DNA of 64,000 nucleotides from the human T2T-CHM13v2.0 reference genome, Homo sapiens. The notes beneath the pieces are model-generated. The model was not told the origin of the DNA. It did not search any database and worked only from the letters and a program-made list of their open reading frames with translations. The position numbers were made by a program, and so were the translations under genes. The stretch lies in assembly GCF_009914755.1 (NCBI RefSeq), contig NC_060925.1; one strand, 5' to 3'. Positions 58,400-64,000 of the stretch are shown piece after piece. Each line of letters starts with the position of its first letter. The first letter of the stretch is position 1.

Positions 58400-58985
58400 T
58401 CATTCATCAGTGGATATTAAAATTGGTAAAGCCACTTTGGAAAACTGTTTAGCAGTATTCATTAAAGATGAACATGTACATACCCACAACTCAGAAGCTC
58501 TACTGCCAGATAAATAGCCAAACAAATACATACCAAAAAGCATGGGTGAGAATGATAAAGGAGCACTATTTATTATAGCTCCCAACTGAAAACAACTCAA
58601 ATGTCCACAAACAGTAAAATGGATAAATTAATGAAATATAAAACAGCAATAAAAATGAATGAGCCACTGATATATGCAACAACACGGATGAATTTCATAA
58701 AAGGCAGACACAAAGAGTACCTTCAGTGGTACGATTGTGCTCATAAAATCACAGAAATCAAAAAAACAAATTTGCAATATTCGAAGTCAGGATAATTGTT
58801 AGTGTTGTGAGAAACATGAAGGTCATGGCTAGGAGGTATGGAGCTACCAAGTTTCTGTGGTTCTGGTAATTCTCTGTCTTGATATGGGTTGTACTCACTT
58901 TGTAAAATGTTGTCTAGCTGCACACTGATGGTTTCATACTACACCATAGGTGTATTTCAATACAGAAAAAAACTAATAAGAAATA
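58400..58985 (+). mobile_element. L1ME 3' end
   Basis: ccactttggaaaactgtttagcagtat...ctcaaatgtcca. Confidence 0.75.
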
Positions 58986-59462
58986 AAAATAATATGAAGC
59001 ATATGTAACTGAAAAGTTAGAACTTGACAGAGCTAGGTGCCTAATAGTATTCAGTAGTTTGCCATAGTGTTTTGCATTTTCTCATGTGCTTTAAAAATTT
59101 ATTACAAAAAAATTAAAATTAAAGGTCATGAAAAAGTGAAGTCTCAGCTTTCTGCCTCCTATTGAAAATTTGCTTAGTCATTGGGGGATCCAATGATCTG
59201 AAAGGCAATAATTCTTGTCTCAAGGACAAGTTGGAGGCAAAAGTATGAAAAAGATGGCCATGCAAGTTTCAACCAAAGGTCAGATGATATAACTGTATTT
59301 ATGTCATGCAAAATAGACCTCAAGTAGAAAAAATGCATTTTAAAGATAAAGAAGGTCATGTCAAAACATAAAAGCTTCAAATCCATAGGAAGATGAAAAA
59401 TTAAAAATGTCTTTGTACCTCTCAAAGCATAGCCTGAAAATATATTTAAAAGAAATGGAAGA

Positions 59463-59620
59463 GGTCAGGTGAATGGCTCACACCTGTAATCCCAGCACTT
59501 TGGGAGGCTGAGGTGAGAGAATAACTAGAAGCCAGCAGTTCAGGACTAGCCTGGTCAACATAAGGAGACTCCATATCCAAAAATGAATAAATAAATAAAA
59601 TAAAAAGAAATAAAAGAAAC
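59463..59620 (+). mobile_element. FLAM / Alu left monomer
   Basis: Left arm only, with A-rich tail. Confidence 0.85.
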
Positions 59621-60577
59621 TGAAGAAATACACAGAAGAATAGACAAATTAACAATTACCTAGGTAAATGATAGACTATATAGATTAAAATATCTGTAGT
59701 AAAATGTAAAATCATTATAGAAAAAATGTTTTATAGTGTAATAAAAAATACTACATAGCACACTTATGAGACACAGGTAAAGTAGTTCTTAATGAAAAAT
59801 TATAACCTTAATTTGTGTATTAGAAAAATGAAGAAAATTAATGTTGAGAAACCATTGGAAGATGTGAAAAAAATAACAGCAATATAAATCCAAATGCAGT
59901 AGATGAAGAATATTTGCAAACAGAAGCTAAAATGAACAAAATAGGAAGCATAGATGCAATTAAGATTTTTGTAGCTAATACTAACTGAAAATTTTTGTTT
60001 TAGATGATCAATAAAATTTGACAAACCTATAGCAAAATTTATTTAATAATTAGCATAATAGATATTAACAATGAAAAGGACTATTATAAAGTGATAGGAG
60101 ATAGTATGAACAATTTTACAGTAATCAATTTGAAAATTTAGATAAAATGAGAAAATTAATAACTTATAAAAGCAAACCAAATGAAAAATAAAAAACCTAG
60201 AGCTTCTAAAACTATTAGAAAAGAAATGGAATCACTTATTTTTTTTTAAATGTTTCCACATAGCAAAACTCGTGCCCCAGATAACTTCACCAAATAATTC
60301 TATCAAATATTCAAGGACCAGATAACCAAAACCTTATCCAAGCTATTCAAGGACTAAATTGAATTTGTTGGTATGAAATTGATATTGTAGAGATGCTAAT
60401 TCTCCCCCAAATACATGGCAATCTAATTAAATTGCCAGCCATAGTTTTTGAGGAACTTGTCAAGATAAATCAAAACTGATATGAAAATATAGAGGGTTAA
60501 GAATAGCCAAGACAATCTAAAGGAGATAAGGTATGAGTCCTTGTCCTACCAGATACCAAGACTTATTTTAAACTAAC

Positions 60578-60881
<304 letters not shown>

Positions 60882-62191
60882 TATTTTAAGCTAACATTAC
60901 TAAGACAGTGCACCTCTTGCACAACAATATACAAATAAAACATATTTGTATATTTGTGGATCATAAAAGATCACCAAGAAATACAGACACTTGATTTATG
61001 ATAGAGATAGTGTAGCAGATCACTAACAACAGACTTTTTAGCAAATGGTATTGGGACAATTGGATATCTAATTAGAAATCTCACACCACACTGAAACATC
61101 TGGATGGAATAAAGACAATTGTAAAAAACAAAAGTATAAAGTTTTCACAATGTAACATAGGAGAATACTTTACAGCTCACAGAAGGGAAAATATTTCTTA
61201 AACAAGATGTAAAAAACATAAACTATAAAGAAAGAATATACATTTGACTACCATTAAATAAGAACTTGTGTTAATCCACAGATATTATTAAAAGAGAAAA
61301 AATACAAGCTGCAGTGTAGGAAAGTTTCTAAAAATATATCCAAAATGACTACTATCCCAAATATATAAGGAACTATGAATTAATAAGACAAGCAAACTTA
61401 TAGAAAAATAAGCAGAAGAATTAAGCAGATATTTTACAAAGAAACATTAATGACAAGTAAACGTGAAGAAAGGCTTAACATCATTATTAGTCAGAATAAT
61501 GAAAATTAAACCCAGAGTATGCCATATTGGCAAAAATGTAAATATTATTTTAGACAATACTAAGTGTTGGTGAAGATGAGCTCTCATCTACCACTGCGGA
61601 AGTAGAAATTGCTTCACCTATTTTGGAAAACAGCTTGGAATCATTTAGTGAATGTGTACATGCACATTCACAGCTACCAGTAATTATATTCCTAGCAAGA
61701 ATGTTCATAATATTATTTTTGGTAATTGCTAAAAACTGTAGACACCCAAAATGTACATCGGTAGCAAAATAGATAAATAATTTGTGGTATATTCATGATT
61801 TTTTCTTTAAAAAAGACCAAACTATAGTTATATATATAAACATGAATAAATCACAAGCAATATTAAATGAAAGAAAAAAGGAATGAAAAGACATATTCAA
61901 GGTCATTCTATTTGCATAAATTGTATAAGCACGAGGATAAATTACATATATGAGGAAGGAATACTTATGTAGTAAAAGCGTCTTTAAAAAAAAATCAAAC
62001 GAATGACTATCAAAAAGTCAGAACAGTAGTTATCTGTGGGGAAGAGGATGAAAAAGAAACCATCTTGGAGGGTCAGAGGGAACTTCTGTCAATGTTTTCT
62101 TAACCTAGATGGTAGTTACACAAATACTCATTTTAATATTATTATTGAAAATGTAAATATGTTTTATATACTCTTTGATATATACAGTATA

Positions 62192-63414
62192 CAATCATCC
62201 ATTGCTTAAGGTGGGATAGTGATATGGTTTGGCTGTGTCCCTACCCAAATCTCATCTTGAATTGTAGTTTCCATAATCCCCACATGTCATGGGAGGGGCC
62301 CTGAGGGAGGTAATTGAATCATGAGGTGGTTATGTTCTCATGATAGTGAGTGCTGCTGTTCTCATGATAGTGAGTGAATTCTCAGGAGATCTGATGGTTT
62401 TATAAGGGGCTTTTTCCCTTTTTGCTAGGGGACTAGGCACTTCCCCTTTTGGTAGAAATGGGAGATGCCATCATGTGAAGAAGGACATGTTTGCTTCCCC
62501 TTCCACCATGACTGTAAGTTTCCTGAGGCTTCCCCAGCCATGCAGAGCTGTGAGTCAATTAAACCTCTTTCTTTATAAATTACCCAGTCTCAGGCAGTGT
62601 TTTAAGGCAGCATGAGAATGAACTAATACAGATACATTCCAAGAAATCTGTCATTAGGAGATTTTGTCATTGTGCAAACGTCGTAGAGTGTACTTACATA
62701 AACCAAGATGGTGTAGTGTAGCCTACTTCACACCTAGGCTGTATGGTACAGCCTATTGTTTCTAGGCTACAGGCCTATACAGAATGTTACTGTCCTGAAT
62801 ATTGTAGGTAACTGTAACACAATGCTAAGTATTTATGTATCTAAATATATCTAAACATAGAAAAGGTACAGTAAAAATATGAAATAGATAAAAAAATGTA
62901 CACCTATGTAGGGCATTTACTATGAATGGAGTTTACAAGACTGGAAGTTGCTCTGGGTGAGTCAGTGAGTGTGAAGGCCTAGAACATGACTGTACACTAT
63001 CATAGACTATATACTCTATACATTTAGGCTACACTAAATTTAGAAAACTTTTTTTATTCAATAACAAATTAACCTTAGTTTATTATAATTTTTGACTTTA
63101 TAAACTTTTTATTTTTTTTACTTTTTGACTTTTGTAATAACACTTAGCTTTAACCTCACATTGTAGAGATGTACAAAAATATTTTTATATTCTTATTGTA
63201 TAAGCTTTTTTTATTAACTTTCTTTCTACTTTTTAAACTTTTTTGTTTAAAACTAAGATACAAACACACACATTAGCTTAGGCCTACACAGGGACAGGAT
63301 CATTAAGGTGTCACTAGGCAAAAGGAAATTTTCAGTTCCATTTTAATCTTATGAGACCGCCATTTTATATACAGTACATTGTTGTTGGAAACATTGTTAT
63401 ATGACACATGACTA
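62192..63414 (+). mobile_element. Tigger3-type DNA transposon (split by THE1)
   Basis: Terminal caatcatcc.../...catgacta, TA flanks, ctacttcacacctaggctgtatgg motif. Confidence 0.85.
62220..62630 (+). mobile_element. THE1C/D solo LTR
   Basis: tgatatggtttggctgtgtcc...aactaataca; TSD gatag/gatac. Confidence 0.92.
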
Positions 63415-63705
63415 TATTTCAAAATTAAAAAGAAAAAGGAAAGACAACATCCCAGGAAGCTGAAATTGATAAGTCTTTGGCCCCTTTCTTAAGAGTTAGG
63501 GTAATCTGATAGCAGAGGCATTGTTTCAGATGTGAGACATTTAGTCGAATTACCTGTTTGTTTTCTCACAAACTCATACTTGTTTGACTGGATCATCTGG
63601 GTACCTTTGCTTTCTGCAGTCACAGCCTTTGATTACAAGGTGTCAAGAGATGGTATCAAGGGCCAGAACAGCAATTATAAAGCTACTGCCATAATAAGGC
63701 ATTTA

Positions 63706-64000
63706 TAGGCACACCTCATTTTATTGTGCTTCACAAATAGTGTGTTTTTTTTTTTACAAATTGAAGGTTTGTGGCAACCAAGGAGTGAGCAAGTCCATTA
63801 GTGCCATTTCTCCAACAGCATATACTCACTTTGTGTCTGTGTCATATTTTGGCAATTCTCAAAATATTTCAAACTGTATTATTATTATTATATCTGTCAT
63901 GGTGATCTGCAATCAGCAATCTTTGATGTTACCATTGTAATTGTTTTGGGGGACCACGAACTGCATCCATATAAGATAGCAAACTTAATAAATGTATGTT
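63706..64000 (+). mobile_element. Tigger1 5' end (continues off window)
   Basis: aggcacacctcattttattgtgcttc...tacaaattgaaggtttgtggcaacc. Confidence 0.88.

Overview
Primate (human-like) nuclear DNA, AT-rich and repeat-dense (Alu, L1, L2, MIR, CR1, MaLR/ERVL/ERV1 LTRs, Tigger/hAT). No intact protein-coding gene is evident. The main signal lies in the unique sequence of the left half. About 15 minus-strand segments from 31517 down to 282 have GT-AG-type boundaries and mostly compatible reading phases. In order, their translations resemble successive parts of the sperm-channel auxiliary subunit CATSPERB. The similarity is only at motif level and was judged against the CATSPERB sequence as recalled from memory. 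With the stops and frameshifts present, this looks like a decayed, intron-containing, very divergent CATSPERB-like paralog that runs off the left edge. Its introns hold an SLC35E3 processed pseudogene split by a HERV-W (LTR17) solo LTR, and a small CpG-rich promoter-like element with a splice donor. The right half (about 34-64 kb) is almost all nested transposons. These include a two-LTR ERVL provirus with a younger internal inverted duplication, a deleted THE1 provirus, an MLT2A LTR, a locally copied L1 piece and a foreign 1.3-kb block that interrupts an L1. Repeat subfamily names are by eye and need RepeatMasker confirmation.
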